64,000 nucleotides of DNA, from contig PKDT01000006.1 in NCBI GenBank assembly GCA_002863085.1, forward strand, positions 14,595 through 78,594. The letters run 5' to 3'. This document shows positions 1-10,226 of this stretch, one piece after another. Every line of letters begins with the position of its first letter. Position 1 is the first letter of the stretch. The notes beneath the pieces are model-generated. The model made no database searches and was not told where the DNA came from. It saw only the letters and a list, made by a program, of their open reading frames with translations. The position numbers were made by a program, and so were the translations under genes. This DNA is from Flavobacteriales bacterium (GTDB lineage: Bacteria; Bacteroidota; Bacteroidia; Flavobacteriales; TMED113).

Positions 1-1250
1 GCGGCTTCATTTTAAATGAGAAAAGTGCCTTTTATAATGAACTGACTAAAACCGCCCACCCCCCTTCAAAAGTAATTTCTTTTAACCAAAGACTCACTCA
101 AAACGATGGACTACTTGCAAATTATATTGCTAAGTGCGAAAATATTAGCTACAATGAGGCATGTGTAGAAATTTTAAAATATTCGCGAAAAATTAAGCTT
201 AAATTGAGCCGAAATAAGTCAATTTCTTTACCAAATATTGGAGATTTTTATCTAAATGAATTCGAAAAGATTGAATTTAAGGCTAACAATGAGTTCAATT
301 TCAACAAAGATTCCTTTGGTCTAAGGACTTTTCAGATTAACAAAATAAAACGAAAGTCTAATAAAAAATTAAATAAATATGCAGCTGCTGCCGTAATTCT
401 TGTCTGCATTGGTTTATCTTTCTTTTCACTTAATAATAACATCAGCGACGAGATTCATCTATTTAACCTAAATCCCGTCACCAAAAAATTTTATCATCCA
501 AGGTTTGAATCCAATCTAAAGGAGCTTGGAAAAGAAACTCCTGGCATTTATAATGTTCAAGTATCACAAGTAGATTTTGACCTCTATAAAATTAATGGAA
601 CTAATTATCACCTATCAACAAAAAAATGTTTCAAACTAGGATTTGGAAGAGATGTTCAAATAAAAATATGGCTTGACGAAAAAGATAGAGTTCAAAGACA
701 GTTATGTTTTCTAAACGTATCAGAAACTGAATACGATGATTGTTACAAAGTTTTGAAAGTTTACAATCAAATAGTCTCTAAATCTGACAAGATTGTTGTA
801 CTTACAAAAAGAGGGAAGATGAGAGAGGTAGATTTAGTTTTAGAAGAGTCCTATATTGACCCATATGTTATTGCTAATAGTTCTCAGGACATTGAAGAAG
901 AAGAAGAAATTATAAATTTTAATGATAATATCGGAAAAAGATTTGTTGATGCAATTCAAAGCGTAAGTTCTCCTAATAAAGTTAAAATAAATGAACCTGA
1001 AACTCTAATCACAAAGAACAATAGAAATGTTTTTATTATAGTTGGCAGCTTTTCAGAACTCAATAATGCACACGCACTATCAAAACAATTAAAAAACAGA
1101 GGCTTCCCAAATACAAAAGTCATTGAAAAAAGTCTAAACGGTTTATTTAGAGTCTCAGTAGATGATTTTTATACTGAAGATGAAGCTAAAATTGCAGTTG
1201 AGCAAATAAAAAAACAAATATCAAGCGCTTGGATCCTCAATGAAAATTAA
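1..1250 (+). CDS. HU-CCDC81-like / SPOR domain protein; 5' end lies outside the window
   Basis: The frame of the listed ORF (204..1250, TTG start) stays open with no stop back to base 3 (GFILNEKSAFYNELTKTAHPPSKVISFNQ...), so the gene is truncated by the window edge. A central TM segment (AAAAVILVCIGLSFF) is present. The C-terminus is SPOR-like (FIIVGSFSELNNAHALSKQLKNRGF...FRVSVDDFYTEDEAK). Confidence 0.6.
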   Translation, partial: GFILNEKSAFYNELTKTAHPPSKVISFNQRLTQNDGLLANYIAKCENISYNEACVEILKYSRKIKLKLSRNKSISLPNIGDFYLNEFEKIEFKANNEFNFNKDSFGLRTFQINKIKRKSNKKLNKYAAAAVILVCIGLSFFSLNNNISDEIHLFNLNPVTKKFYHPRFESNLKELGKETPGIYNVQVSQVDFDLYKINGTNYHLSTKKCFKLGFGRDVQIKIWLDEKDRVQRQLCFLNVSETEYDDCYKVLKVYNQIVSKSDKIVVLTKRGKMREVDLVLEESYIDPYVIANSSQDIEEEEEIINFNDNIGKRFVDAIQSVSSPNKVKINEPETLITKNNRNVFIIVGSFSELNNAHALSKQLKNRGFPNTKVIEKSLNGLFRVSVDDFYTEDEAKIAVEQIKKQISSAWILNEN

Positions 1251-2209
1251 GAGATTTTTAAAACTTTTTTTATAACTTTTACAATCTTATCCGTTTTTAT
1301 TTTTTTCACACAACCATTAACTGAATTTTTACAAGACTTGCCATGCTTTGAACAAGGCCTTGAATATGGACTGTAAATAATTTCAACAGACTCAGGAAAA
1401 TCGAGATAGGGCCTAAATCCTTGTGAGGGTTTTGTACACCCCCAAAAAGAAATTATTTTCTTCTTTAAAGCTGCACCAATGTGCATCATCCCGGTATCAT
1501 TTGTTAGTAATAACGAGCATTTATCAATAATCTTTGCAGATAGGTTTAGATCAGTTTTACCACAAAAATTTTCAACATGTTTATTTTTAGTTTGTAGTAC
1601 AATTTTTTCACCCATTTGTGTTTCTTTTTCACCTCCAATTAAATAAATTGGCAAATCAATTTCGTCACAAATGCATATTATTGTTTCAAGAGATAACATT
1701 TTATTTTGATGACTGGCTCCCACTGACCAACAAATGTACTTATGTTCAACATCCAAATATATTCTTTCATTTGAAAAAAAATAATCCAATCCCCTGTTAT
1801 CATTTTTTACATTTAGTGATTTCAATGCTAAAAAATAATTATTGACAACATGATTGAGTTTTATTTTTGAACTAAAATTTAAATGTAAGAACCTTCTAAA
1901 ACTTTGTTTACAATATGTATATGATTTAATTCTGATTGATTTTTTTATAATTACAGTTCTAATATTATTATGTAAATCAATTAAATAATCAAAATTTTCT
2001 TTTTTTATTTCATCAATTGTCGATTTTAATCGCTTGTTTAGCAAGTGTAATTTATCAATGTACGGGCTATATTCTAATAACTGTTTGAATTCAGGTTTTA
2101 CTAAATAGTGAATGCAAGCTCCAGTTTGATTTTTTAAACACCTTATAATTGGACTAGTCAAAACTATATCACCAATTGAACTTAGTCTAATTATTAATAT
2201 TTTTTTCAT
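1247..2209 (-). CDS. Glycosyltransferase family 9 (LPS heptosyltransferase-like)
   Basis: The N-terminus MKKILIIRLSSIGDIVLTSPIIRCLK and the motif LLTNDTGMMHIGAAL are typical of GT9 enzymes. The gene is 320 aa. Confidence 0.7.
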   Translation of the reverse strand: MKKILIIRLSSIGDIVLTSPIIRCLKNQTGACIHYLVKPEFKQLLEYSPYIDKLHLLNKRLKSTIDEIKKENFDYLIDLHNNIRTVIIKKSIRIKSYTYCKQSFRRFLHLNFSSKIKLNHVVNNYFLALKSLNVKNDNRGLDYFFSNERIYLDVEHKYICWSVGASHQNKMLSLETIICICDEIDLPIYLIGGEKETQMGEKIVLQTKNKHVENFCGKTDLNLSAKIIDKCSLLLTNDTGMMHIGAALKKKIISFWGCTKPSQGFRPYLDFPESVEIIYSPYSRPCSKHGKSCKNSVNGCVKKIKTDKIVKVIKKVLKIS

Positions 2210-2269
2210 CAGTAAAATATAACAATATTAATGTATTATTAGCTAAATTAACGTGAAATTAATTTATAT

Positions 2270-3043
2270 ATGCTGACAGACACCCACCTTCACTTATACC
2301 TAGACGATTTTAATGAGGATTTAGATAATGTGATTTCTGATGCAAGGAAAAATAAAGTTAACAGATTTTTTCTGCCCAACATAAACTCCTCATCCATAGC
2401 TAAGCTTTTAAAAATTTGTAAACTTTACGAAAATACTTTTCCAATGATTGGACTACACCCTTGTTATGTAAAAGAAAATTTTAAACAAGAACTAAAACAT
2501 TTAAAAAGTTTACTTGAAAAGTATAAATTTATAGCAATTGGGGAAATTGGAATAGACTTACATTGGGATAAAAATTTTTTTTCTCAACAAAAAATTGCTT
2601 TTTTAGAACAGATTGAATGGGCTAAAAAATATAAATTGCCGATAGTAATTCACTCAAGAAATTCGTTTGATGAAATTTATGAAATACTATGCTCAGAGAC
2701 AGATCACAAACTAAAAGGCATTTTTCATTGCTTTTCTGGAACAAAAGATCAGGCGAATAAAATTATTGATATGGGGTTTCTCTTGGGAATAGGTGGAATT
2801 TCCACTTTTAAAAATAGCAACATGGATAGTGTTTTAAAGGAAATTGACATAAAAAATATCGTACTTGAAACAGACTCACCTTATTTAGCTCCAACTCCTT
2901 TCAGGGGAAAAAGAAATGAACCCAAATACTTGGTATTTATCGCCGAAAAAATTTGTAAACTTAAAAATATAAGCTTAGATGAGTTAGCTTATCAAACCAA
3001 CCAAAATATTGACAGAGTTTTTTTTAAAAAAATGATTTACTAA
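2270..3043 (+). CDS. tatD: TatD family metal-dependent hydrolase (DNase)
   Basis: Motifs DTHLHLY, GEIGIDLHW, VIHSR and ETDSPYLAP are present. The gene is 257 aa. Confidence 0.85.
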   Translation: MLTDTHLHLYLDDFNEDLDNVISDARKNKVNRFFLPNINSSSIAKLLKICKLYENTFPMIGLHPCYVKENFKQELKHLKSLLEKYKFIAIGEIGIDLHWDKNFFSQQKIAFLEQIEWAKKYKLPIVIHSRNSFDEIYEILCSETDHKLKGIFHCFSGTKDQANKIIDMGFLLGIGGISTFKNSNMDSVLKEIDIKNIVLETDSPYLAPTPFRGKRNEPKYLVFIAEKICKLKNISLDELAYQTNQNIDRVFFKKMIY

Positions 3044-3143
3044 AAAGTACCACAGTGAAATGTCAATATCACTTCATCATATTAATTAGTTTTTTATTTT
3101 GTTTTTTTTTGTAATTTCGTTGCAAAACAGAATAAATTGTTCT

Positions 3144-3229
3144 GGAGAGGTGGCCGAGTGGCTTAAGGCGCACGCTTGGAAAGCGTGTATATGGACAACA
3201 TATCAGGGGTTCGAATCCCTTTCTCTCCG
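3144..3229 (+). tRNA. tRNA-Ser (anticodon GGA), class II with long variable arm
   Basis: Hand-folded. Acceptor GGAGAGG pairs with TCTCTCC. Anticodon stem CACGC/GCGTG carries loop TTGGAAA. The variable arm is TATATGGACAACATATC. The T-loop is GGTTCGAATCC. Confidence 0.9.
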
Positions 3230-3269
3230 CAAAACACTTTATTACTAATAATTAATTAAATAGAATAAA

Positions 3270-4094
3270 ATGAACTCAAGATTAATAATTCTGGCAAATT
3301 GCCTTTTCACGATTACATATATAAGTTTTTCTCAAGACTCATCTAGCCTTGAACGAATTAACAATATAGATACAACAATTACTGAGACAGTAGATACAAA
3401 TCAAATAGAAATTGACACTGTTGAAGAAGATACAATTGCCGAAAATGAAATGACTGAAGAGAGTCAATCTTTTCATCAGATTTTAAAAACTAAATTTATT
3501 GAAGGTGGTGCCGGCTTTATGGGAATTGTTTTACTTACATTAATTCTTGGCCTTGCATTGTGTATTGAGAGAATTCTATACTTGCATGCTGCTGGGTCTG
3601 CAAATAATGAAGATCTTTTGAATTCAATCGACAACGCATTAAAAAATGGTGGAGTTGAAAAAGCAAAAGAAATCTGCAGAAATACACGTGGTCCTGTAGC
3701 TAGCATATTTTATCAAGGGCTCGAAAGATCCGACAAAGGAATAGACACTGTGGAAAAATCTATCGTTGCATACGGATCGGTCCAAATGGGTCTTCTAGAG
3801 AGGGGGACAACATGGATATCATTATTCATAGCTCTGGCTCCTATGCTTGGTTTCATGGGAACAGTTATTGGAATGATCGGCGCTTTTGACGCAATTGAAG
3901 CCGCTGGTGACATTTCACCATCGCTCGTTGCAGGTGGTATAAAAGTTGCTCTATTGACAACAGTTTTTGGTTTAATTGTAGCAATTATTCTGCAAGTATT
4001 TTACAATTACATCATTTCAAAAATTGATGATATAGTAAATAAAATGGAAGATGCGTCAATAGCTCTTGTTGATATATTAGCCAAACATAAATAA
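3270..4094 (+). CDS. exbB: MotA/TolQ/ExbB proton-channel protein with acidic N-terminal extension
   Basis: Three TM segments and the motif LAPMLGFMGTVIGMIGAF are present. The N-terminus has a signal-like segment followed by a D/E/T-rich region. Confidence 0.85.
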   Translation: MNSRLIILANCLFTITYISFSQDSSSLERINNIDTTITETVDTNQIEIDTVEEDTIAENEMTEESQSFHQILKTKFIEGGAGFMGIVLLTLILGLALCIERILYLHAAGSANNEDLLNSIDNALKNGGVEKAKEICRNTRGPVASIFYQGLERSDKGIDTVEKSIVAYGSVQMGLLERGTTWISLFIALAPMLGFMGTVIGMIGAFDAIEAAGDISPSLVAGGIKVALLTTVFGLIVAIILQVFYNYIISKIDDIVNKMEDASIALVDILAKHK

Positions 4095-4102
4095 TTTAAA
4101 TT

Positions 4103-4444
4103 ATGACAGATTTCGGATTAATTCTCACATACATTATGGTAGCAACTGCATTAATTGCATGTTTAGCATCACCCATTATTCAGCTTATCAAAAACCCAAA
4201 AAAAATTTCATCAATAGTTAAGCCAATGATTTTAATTTTATTAACTCTGGGGATTTCAATGGCAGTTTCATCCGATGAGGTACTTTCTATTTATACTGAC
4301 AGTAATGGTAATTTAATTTCTAAAGGTCTTTCTAAGTTTGTTGGCTCAAGCCTTTTTGTGTTTTACATTCTTTCACTTATAGCGATCTCCACTGTTATAT
4401 ACAGTGAATTTATTTCTAAAATCTTCAAAAATGGCAAGAAATAA
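4103..4444 (+). CDS. Small integral membrane protein of unknown function, between exbB and exbD
   Basis: The 113-aa product has about 4 hydrophobic segments. It starts 8 nt after exbB and overlaps the exbD ATG by 14 nt. I recognised no motif. Confidence 0.5.
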   Translation: MTDFGLILTYIMVATALIACLASPIIQLIKNPKKISSIVKPMILILLTLGISMAVSSDEVLSIYTDSNGNLISKGLSKFVGSSLFVFYILSLIAISTVIYSEFISKIFKNGKK

Positions 4445-4967
4445 AAGATCAAGTCCTGAAATTAATGCCGGCTCAATGGCTGACATAGCATTTCTGCTGT
4501 TAATATTTTTCTTAGTTACTACTACTATGGATGTAGATACTGGTATTGCAAGAAAGTTACCACCAACAGCTGAAGAGCAAGAACCGGAAGATATGCAGGG
4601 AAATGCCCGAAACATTTTTGAAGTATATGTCAATAAAAAAGATAAATTATTAGTCGAAGAGAATGAGATGGAAATTGAAAAACTGAGATCTAGTGCAAAA
4701 GATTTCATCAATAACAATGGAAAAGACCCATCTTCATCTGATAGTCCTGAAAAAGCAATTATTTCATTGGTTAACAGTCGTGGAACATCATATGAAATGT
4801 ATATCGCAGTTCAAAACGAACTAACTGCGGCATATAATGAATTACGAAATGAAGCCTCAATTAAAAAATATGGAATTAATTACACTGAACTAAACAAAGC
4901 AAAACAGAAAGAAATCAGGAAGATGTATCCAATGAAAATTTCTGAGGCTGCACCTGGCGAATTTTAA
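4431..4967 (+). CDS. exbD: ExbD/TolR biopolymer transport protein
   Basis: The N-terminus MARNKRSSPEINAGSMADIAFLLLIFFLVTT is a typical ExbD start. I chose the ATG at 4431 over the GTG at 4404 given in the ORF track. Confidence 0.8.
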   Translation: MARNKRSSPEINAGSMADIAFLLLIFFLVTTTMDVDTGIARKLPPTAEEQEPEDMQGNARNIFEVYVNKKDKLLVEENEMEIEKLRSSAKDFINNNGKDPSSSDSPEKAIISLVNSRGTSYEMYIAVQNELTAAYNELRNEASIKKYGINYTELNKAKQKEIRKMYPMKISEAAPGEF

Positions 4968-4976
4968 ATTTAATAT

Positions 4977-5447
4977 ATGTCAAAATTCAAAAAAAATAAA
5001 AAAAGCGGCACACCACCAATTTCTACTGCATCTCTTCCGGATATAGTATTTATGCTTCTGTTTTTTTTCATGGTTACTACTGTAATGAGAGAAACTGAAA
5101 TGCTAGTTGACAATACACTTCCACAAGCAACCGAGGTGAAAAAGCTTGAAAGAAAATCACTTGTATCATACATATACATTGGTTCTCCCAGAGGTTTAAA
5201 TAGGAAAAAACAATTCGGTACAAAAGCAAAAATTCAATTGAATGATGCATATTCAACAGTTGGTGAAATTCAATCATTTATTGCTGCCGAAAGAGAGAGT
5301 CGGGCAGAAGAGGAAATCCCTTTACTAACCACCTCTATCAAGGCCGACGTTGATGTTAAAATGGGCATTATCTCAGACATTAAAGAGGAATTAAGAAAGG
5401 CTCAAGCTTACAAAATCAACTATTCAACTAGAAAAGAACTCAATTAA
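4977..5447 (+). CDS. exbD: ExbD/TolR biopolymer transport protein (second copy)
   Basis: The motif TASLPDIVFMLLFFFMVTT is present. The gene is 156 aa. Confidence 0.8.
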   Translation: MSKFKKNKKSGTPPISTASLPDIVFMLLFFFMVTTVMRETEMLVDNTLPQATEVKKLERKSLVSYIYIGSPRGLNRKKQFGTKAKIQLNDAYSTVGEIQSFIAAERESRAEEEIPLLTTSIKADVDVKMGIISDIKEELRKAQAYKINYSTRKELN

Positions 5448-5452
5448 TTTTA

Positions 5453-6436
5453 ATGGTAAAAATTGGTGATTTAGAAATTGGTGAATTTCCTCTTCTTTTA
5501 GCTCCAATGGAAGACGTGAGTGACCCGCCATTTAGAAAGTTGTGCAAAAAAGGAGGTGCTGATGTTATGTATACAGAATTTATATCATCAGAAGGGCTTA
5601 TCAGAAATGCATATAAAAGCGTTCAAAAACTTGATATATTTGAATTTGAAAGACCAATTGGTATTCAAATATTTGGTAATAACATTGAATCTATGAAAGA
5701 AGCAACTGAAATTGCCTCTAGCGTAAATCCAGATATTATTGATATTAACTATGGATGCCCAGTAAAAAAAGTTACTTGTAAAGGCGGTGGAGCTGCGATC
5801 TTACAAGATATTCCTAAAATGGTTAAAATGACTGCTGAAATTGTTAAATCCACAAATATACCTGTAACTGTAAAAACAAGACTTGGGTGGGATGAAAAAA
5901 CTAAATATATTGTAGAAGTTTCTGAAAGACTGCAAGATGTTGGAATCAAAGCAATATCAATTCACGGACGAACAAGGAAGCAGATGTACAAGGGAGAAGC
6001 TAACTGGGAATTAATTAGGAAGGTAAAAGAAAATCAAAGAATGAAAATACCAGTATTTGGAAATGGCGATGTTAGTTGCCCATTAAGTGCAAAAGAAAAA
6101 AAAGAAAAATACAATGTTGATGGAATTATGATTGGTCGTGGAGCCATTGGTAAGCCATGGATTTTTAATAAAATAAAAGAATATTTAAAAAATGGTAAAA
6201 CAATTAATGATCCATGCTTTAATGAGAAAATCAATATTGTATTAAATCATTTAAAATGGTCAGTACAATGGAAGGGTGAAAAGCTGGGTATTCTTGAAAT
6301 GCGAAGACATTACGGAAACTACTTTAGAAACCTTCCAAAGATCAAAGAACACCGATCTGAACTTGTTCAACTTAACTCTTACAATGAGATTGTTGATAAA
6401 ATTGAGGAAATTAAAAGTTGTTATCATTTAAATTAG
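5453..6436 (+). CDS. dusB: tRNA-dihydrouridine synthase
   Basis: Motifs LAPMEDVSDPPFR, DINYGCPVKKV and SIHGRTR are present. The gene is 327 aa. Confidence 0.85.
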   Translation: MVKIGDLEIGEFPLLLAPMEDVSDPPFRKLCKKGGADVMYTEFISSEGLIRNAYKSVQKLDIFEFERPIGIQIFGNNIESMKEATEIASSVNPDIIDINYGCPVKKVTCKGGGAAILQDIPKMVKMTAEIVKSTNIPVTVKTRLGWDEKTKYIVEVSERLQDVGIKAISIHGRTRKQMYKGEANWELIRKVKENQRMKIPVFGNGDVSCPLSAKEKKEKYNVDGIMIGRGAIGKPWIFNKIKEYLKNGKTINDPCFNEKINIVLNHLKWSVQWKGEKLGILEMRRHYGNYFRNLPKIKEHRSELVQLNSYNEIVDKIEEIKSCYHLN

Positions 6437-7622
6437 TTCCATAAAACTGATGATTTTTTGAAACAATTAATGAACTGACCGCTCCAAAAAATAAAACAAT
6501 TATCTGGATGATTAAAATATCTATAAAATCAATTTTAATCGGGTAATATTGAATGGGAAAATTAGATGCACCCAGTCCAATAATCTTAAATTTTTGTTGC
6601 AAATAACAAAAGAATAAACCGAAAATTGTACCTGTAAATAAGCCGAAAGACGTTACCATTAAACCTAGGGTGAAAAATATTTTTTTTAGTTTTTTGTATT
6701 CTAATCCTATTGATTTCAACACTACAAAGTCCTTCTTTTTTTTAATCATCATAATAACGATGCTCGCTACAAGTCCTAAAATTGAAATTAACAAAATGAA
6801 TGAAAAAATTAAATAAACAACAAGCTTTTCTGATTTTATCATTTTGTTTACAAATGGACGTTGTTGAGTTCTGTTACTAACTAAAAAGTTTGACCCAACT
6901 AAATTCTTAATTTTTTTATAAACTTCATTGTTTTTTTTGTTGATACTCACTTCAATTGATGAAATCTTTCCATGATTTGTTGTTAAATTTTGAAGCTCAT
7001 GAATTGGCAAGATAATATCTCCACTTCCTGTGCTTGACTCGCCCGAAAAAACACCAACTACATAGAACGATTTTGAGATGAAGTTATTAGAACCAAAAAT
7101 TTTTTTATCTGTATCAAAAAAAGTAAGTTTTAAAGGGCTTTTGAAGTCAAGTAATTTTACTGAAAGTGAATTATATACCAATTGTGATGTCAATAAGGAC
7201 CTATCGTCCTTCAAATAATTACCAAAAACTATTTCATTATCGATTCCAGTAACTTTATTATAGGACTTCCCTACTCCCTTTGCATTTATAACCAATTGAT
7301 AATCATCGTGAGTTGCTAATAATTTATTTTCTAAAACAATTGATACATTTTCAACTCCATCTAAGTAAGATATTTCGTTAACCAACTTACTATTTTCATC
7401 AAACAAAAGACCATTTTTTTTTTCAATTTTAATGTCAGGGTCAAGATTAATAAAAATATTTTGTATCAAATTATCAAAACCATTGAAAACAGACATAACA
7501 ATTATTAAAGACATCGTTCCCAGAAAAATACCAGCCGTAGACATTAAGGTAACAACACTAATTAGTTTTTGTTTTCTAATCGAGAGAAAGTATTTTTTTG
7601 CTATGTAAATTGAAAAGTTCAA
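6411..7622 (-). CDS. FtsX/LolE-like ABC transporter permease
   Basis: The N-terminus IAKKYFLSIRKQKLISVVTLMSTAGIFLGTMSLIIVMSVFNGF is followed by a large periplasmic loop and a C-terminal 3-TM FtsX-type domain. Confidence 0.65.
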   Translation of the reverse strand: MNFSIYIAKKYFLSIRKQKLISVVTLMSTAGIFLGTMSLIIVMSVFNGFDNLIQNIFINLDPDIKIEKKNGLLFDENSKLVNEISYLDGVENVSIVLENKLLATHDDYQLVINAKGVGKSYNKVTGIDNEIVFGNYLKDDRSLLTSQLVYNSLSVKLLDFKSPLKLTFFDTDKKIFGSNNFISKSFYVVGVFSGESSTGSGDIILPIHELQNLTTNHGKISSIEVSINKKNNEVYKKIKNLVGSNFLVSNRTQQRPFVNKMIKSEKLVVYLIFSFILLISILGLVASIVIMMIKKKKDFVVLKSIGLEYKKLKKIFFTLGLMVTSFGLFTGTIFGLFFCYLQQKFKIIGLGASNFPIQYYPIKIDFIDILIIQIIVLFFGAVSSLIVSKNHQFYGTNLNDNNF

Positions 7623-7960
7623 ATATCTCCAAGAATTTTATCTATTTTTTCGTAATGATTTAGAGAGTTGTCCAAGTAAAATAATAGTTCCGGTGTTTTA
7701 CGCATTTGATTTTTTAAAATCAAAGATAACTTGTGTTTGTAATATTTTGAACTTTGTTTTATTTCCTCAAAAATTAGGTCTTTGATATCATTTGGAAATA
7801 AACTAATATATATTTTTGCAACTGAAAAATCTTTTGAAACCATAACATGTGTAATTGAGATCATTATTCCTCTGTATTTTGACTTACTCTCTTGAATAAA
7901 AATCGCTGACAAGTCTTTTTGAATAAGTCTTGAAACCCTTTTTTGTCTTTGTGTTTCCAT
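7619..7960 (-). CDS. rbfA: Ribosome-binding factor A
   Basis: The N-terminus METQRQKRVSRLIQKDLSAIF...VMVSKDFSVAKIYIS is present. The gene is 113 aa. Confidence 0.85.
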   Translation of the reverse strand: METQRQKRVSRLIQKDLSAIFIQESKSKYRGIMISITHVMVSKDFSVAKIYISLFPNDIKDLIFEEIKQSSKYYKHKLSLILKNQMRKTPELLFYLDNSLNHYEKIDKILGDI

Positions 7961-8023
7961 TTCAATAAATATAGTAATTAAAATGTATATAATTTTTTAT
8001 TTTCTTATCGTTATATTTAATAA

Positions 8024-9820
8024 ATGAAATCAACTCTTCGAATTTTAAGCTTCTCAAAACCATATGTTTTTTTAGTAGTTTTAAATTCATTACTAAATCT
8101 TCTTTCTGCATTATTTTCTCTTTTTTCAATATCACTTATTATTCCAATTCTAGGATTGTTGTTCGGCACAATAGAACCAACAAATGACCTCTCTGATAAT
8201 CTTTCTTTTAATAATTTGAAAGATTTCGTATATAACAGGGTTTACGAGTTGATTCTAAATAGTGGACACGTCTTGACGCTAGGAATTATTTGCTTATTTG
8301 CAATCATGTGCACAGTATTTAAAAACGCCTTCAGATATCTGGCTCTTTATACTCTCACGCCAATTCGAAACAATATAATAAGAGACATTCGTAAAAAATT
8401 ATTTAATCAAATTTTGAAATTACAAATACCATTTTTTAATAAATTCAAAAAGGGTGATTTAATCTCGAGAGTAACAAACGATCTGATAGAAATTGAGTGG
8501 TCAATAATGGGAGTTTTGGAACTCTTCATTAAAGATCCAATAACTATTTTAATTTTTTTATCCACACTATTTTACATGAACTTTAAATTAACATTAATTA
8601 GTTTAATTTTTATTCCAATAACAGCATTAATTATTTCATCTATTAGTAAGTCTCTAAAACAAAAATCTAAACTCAGTCAATTTAAATTTGCATCAATAGT
8701 TTCTTTGTTGGAGGATTACTTCACAAACATTAAACTTATTAAATCACTTAAAGAAAACAATTTTATTTTATCAAAATTTACTGATCACAACGAGTCACTT
8801 AAAAATATAAATAACAAAGTATTATGGAGAAAAGATCTAGCATCTCCTTTAAGTGAAATGCTAAGTACAATTGTTTTAGTAATCATAATTTGGATTGGAG
8901 GAAATATAGTATTAAATGAAAATTTTGATGCTGAATCATTTATAGGCTACTTACTTGTTTTTTCTCAAATTCTCCCACCAGCAAAATCTTTAACATCTGC
9001 ATTTTACTCAGTACAAAAAGGAGCTGCTGCTGCTGACAGGATTTTTGAAATTTTATTATCAAACAAAACTGAGCGAACAGGTCTGAAAAATATAAAAAAG
9101 TTCAAAATTATTAGTTTTAAGAACGTGAGTGTAAAATACAAAGATGACTATTTACTAAACGATATTAATTTTAACATCGAGTCAAATAAAAGAACTGCTA
9201 TTGTTGGAGAATCGGGCAGTGGTAAAACAACATTAGTTGAACTTCTTTTAAAACATCATTCGATTACCAGTGGAGAAATCAAAATTGATAACAACTGCAT
9301 TTCTGAAATAAATACCAAATCTCTAATTTCTGTTGTTACACAAGACATATTAATTTTTAATGACACAATATTTAACAACGTAACCATGACCAACCCCAAA
9401 TCAAAAATTGATGATGTTAAAAAAGTATGCAAGCAGGTTGGGATTAGCTCAATGATTGATTCATTGAGTGAGAAATATGAAACAATTATAGGCAGTGGGG
9501 GAATTAATTTATCTGGCGGGGAAAAACAAAAAATAAGTTTAGCAAGAGCACTTTTAAGTGAAAACCCTATTTTGATTCTAGATGAACCAACATCTGCTTT
9601 AGATTCTGACTCAGATAAAGTTATTTTCGAGCAAATAAATAAATTAAATACAAAAAAAACTGTAATAACAATAACTCACAAATTAAAATCAGTCATTGAC
9701 TTTGATAATACAATTGTATTATCACAAGGAAAGCTTATAAGTCAGGGAAATCATAATTTTTTAAGTAAAAATTGTTCGGAATACAAAAAACTTTGCGATA
9801 TTAAAAAAATTAATAAATGA
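8024..9820 (+). CDS. ABC transporter, fused permease/ATPase (MsbA-like exporter)
   Basis: A six-TM N-terminal half is followed by Walker A GESGSGKTT, the ABC signature LSGGEKQKISLARAL and Walker B ILILDEPTSALD. Confidence 0.8.
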   Translation: MKSTLRILSFSKPYVFLVVLNSLLNLLSALFSLFSISLIIPILGLLFGTIEPTNDLSDNLSFNNLKDFVYNRVYELILNSGHVLTLGIICLFAIMCTVFKNAFRYLALYTLTPIRNNIIRDIRKKLFNQILKLQIPFFNKFKKGDLISRVTNDLIEIEWSIMGVLELFIKDPITILIFLSTLFYMNFKLTLISLIFIPITALIISSISKSLKQKSKLSQFKFASIVSLLEDYFTNIKLIKSLKENNFILSKFTDHNESLKNINNKVLWRKDLASPLSEMLSTIVLVIIIWIGGNIVLNENFDAESFIGYLLVFSQILPPAKSLTSAFYSVQKGAAAADRIFEILLSNKTERTGLKNIKKFKIISFKNVSVKYKDDYLLNDINFNIESNKRTAIVGESGSGKTTLVELLLKHHSITSGEIKIDNNCISEINTKSLISVVTQDILIFNDTIFNNVTMTNPKSKIDDVKKVCKQVGISSMIDSLSEKYETIIGSGGINLSGGEKQKISLARALLSENPILILDEPTSALDSDSDKVIFEQINKLNTKKTVITITHKLKSVIDFDNTIVLSQGKLISQGNHNFLSKNCSEYKKLCDIKKINK

Positions 9821-10221
9821 CAAGTAAAATTGAACATATAGGTATCGCAGTGTCTGACTTAGCTTCAGCTGAAAAAATTTATGCCGATATTTTAGGAGTT
9901 GAGCCATACAAAAGAGAGAAAGTCGAACATCAGGGAGTTATAACTTCATTTTTTAAAACTGCTAATGTAAAAATTGAACTTCTTGAGGGTCTAAATGATC
10001 AAAGCTCAATTTCATCTTTTATAAAAAAACAAGGCGAAGGAGTTCATCATATTGCTTTTTTGGTTGATGACATTCATAAAGAAATTAACCGTCTTAAAAA
10101 ACTCAATTTTAATATTATTAATGAGAAGCCTGTTGAAGGTGCCGATAATAAAATAATTTGTTTTATTCATCCCAAATCAACTAAAAAAGTACTCATTGAA
10201 TTATGTCAAAATAAAAAATAA
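9817..10221 (+). CDS. mce: Methylmalonyl-CoA epimerase (VOC/glyoxalase fold)
   Basis: Motifs IEHIGIAVSDL, KIELLE, GEGVHHIAFLVDDI and IHPKSTKKVLIELCQ are present. Confidence 0.8.
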   Translation: MTSKIEHIGIAVSDLASAEKIYADILGVEPYKREKVEHQGVITSFFKTANVKIELLEGLNDQSSISSFIKKQGEGVHHIAFLVDDIHKEINRLKKLNFNIINEKPVEGADNKIICFIHPKSTKKVLIELCQNKK

Positions 10222-10226
10222 TTTAA

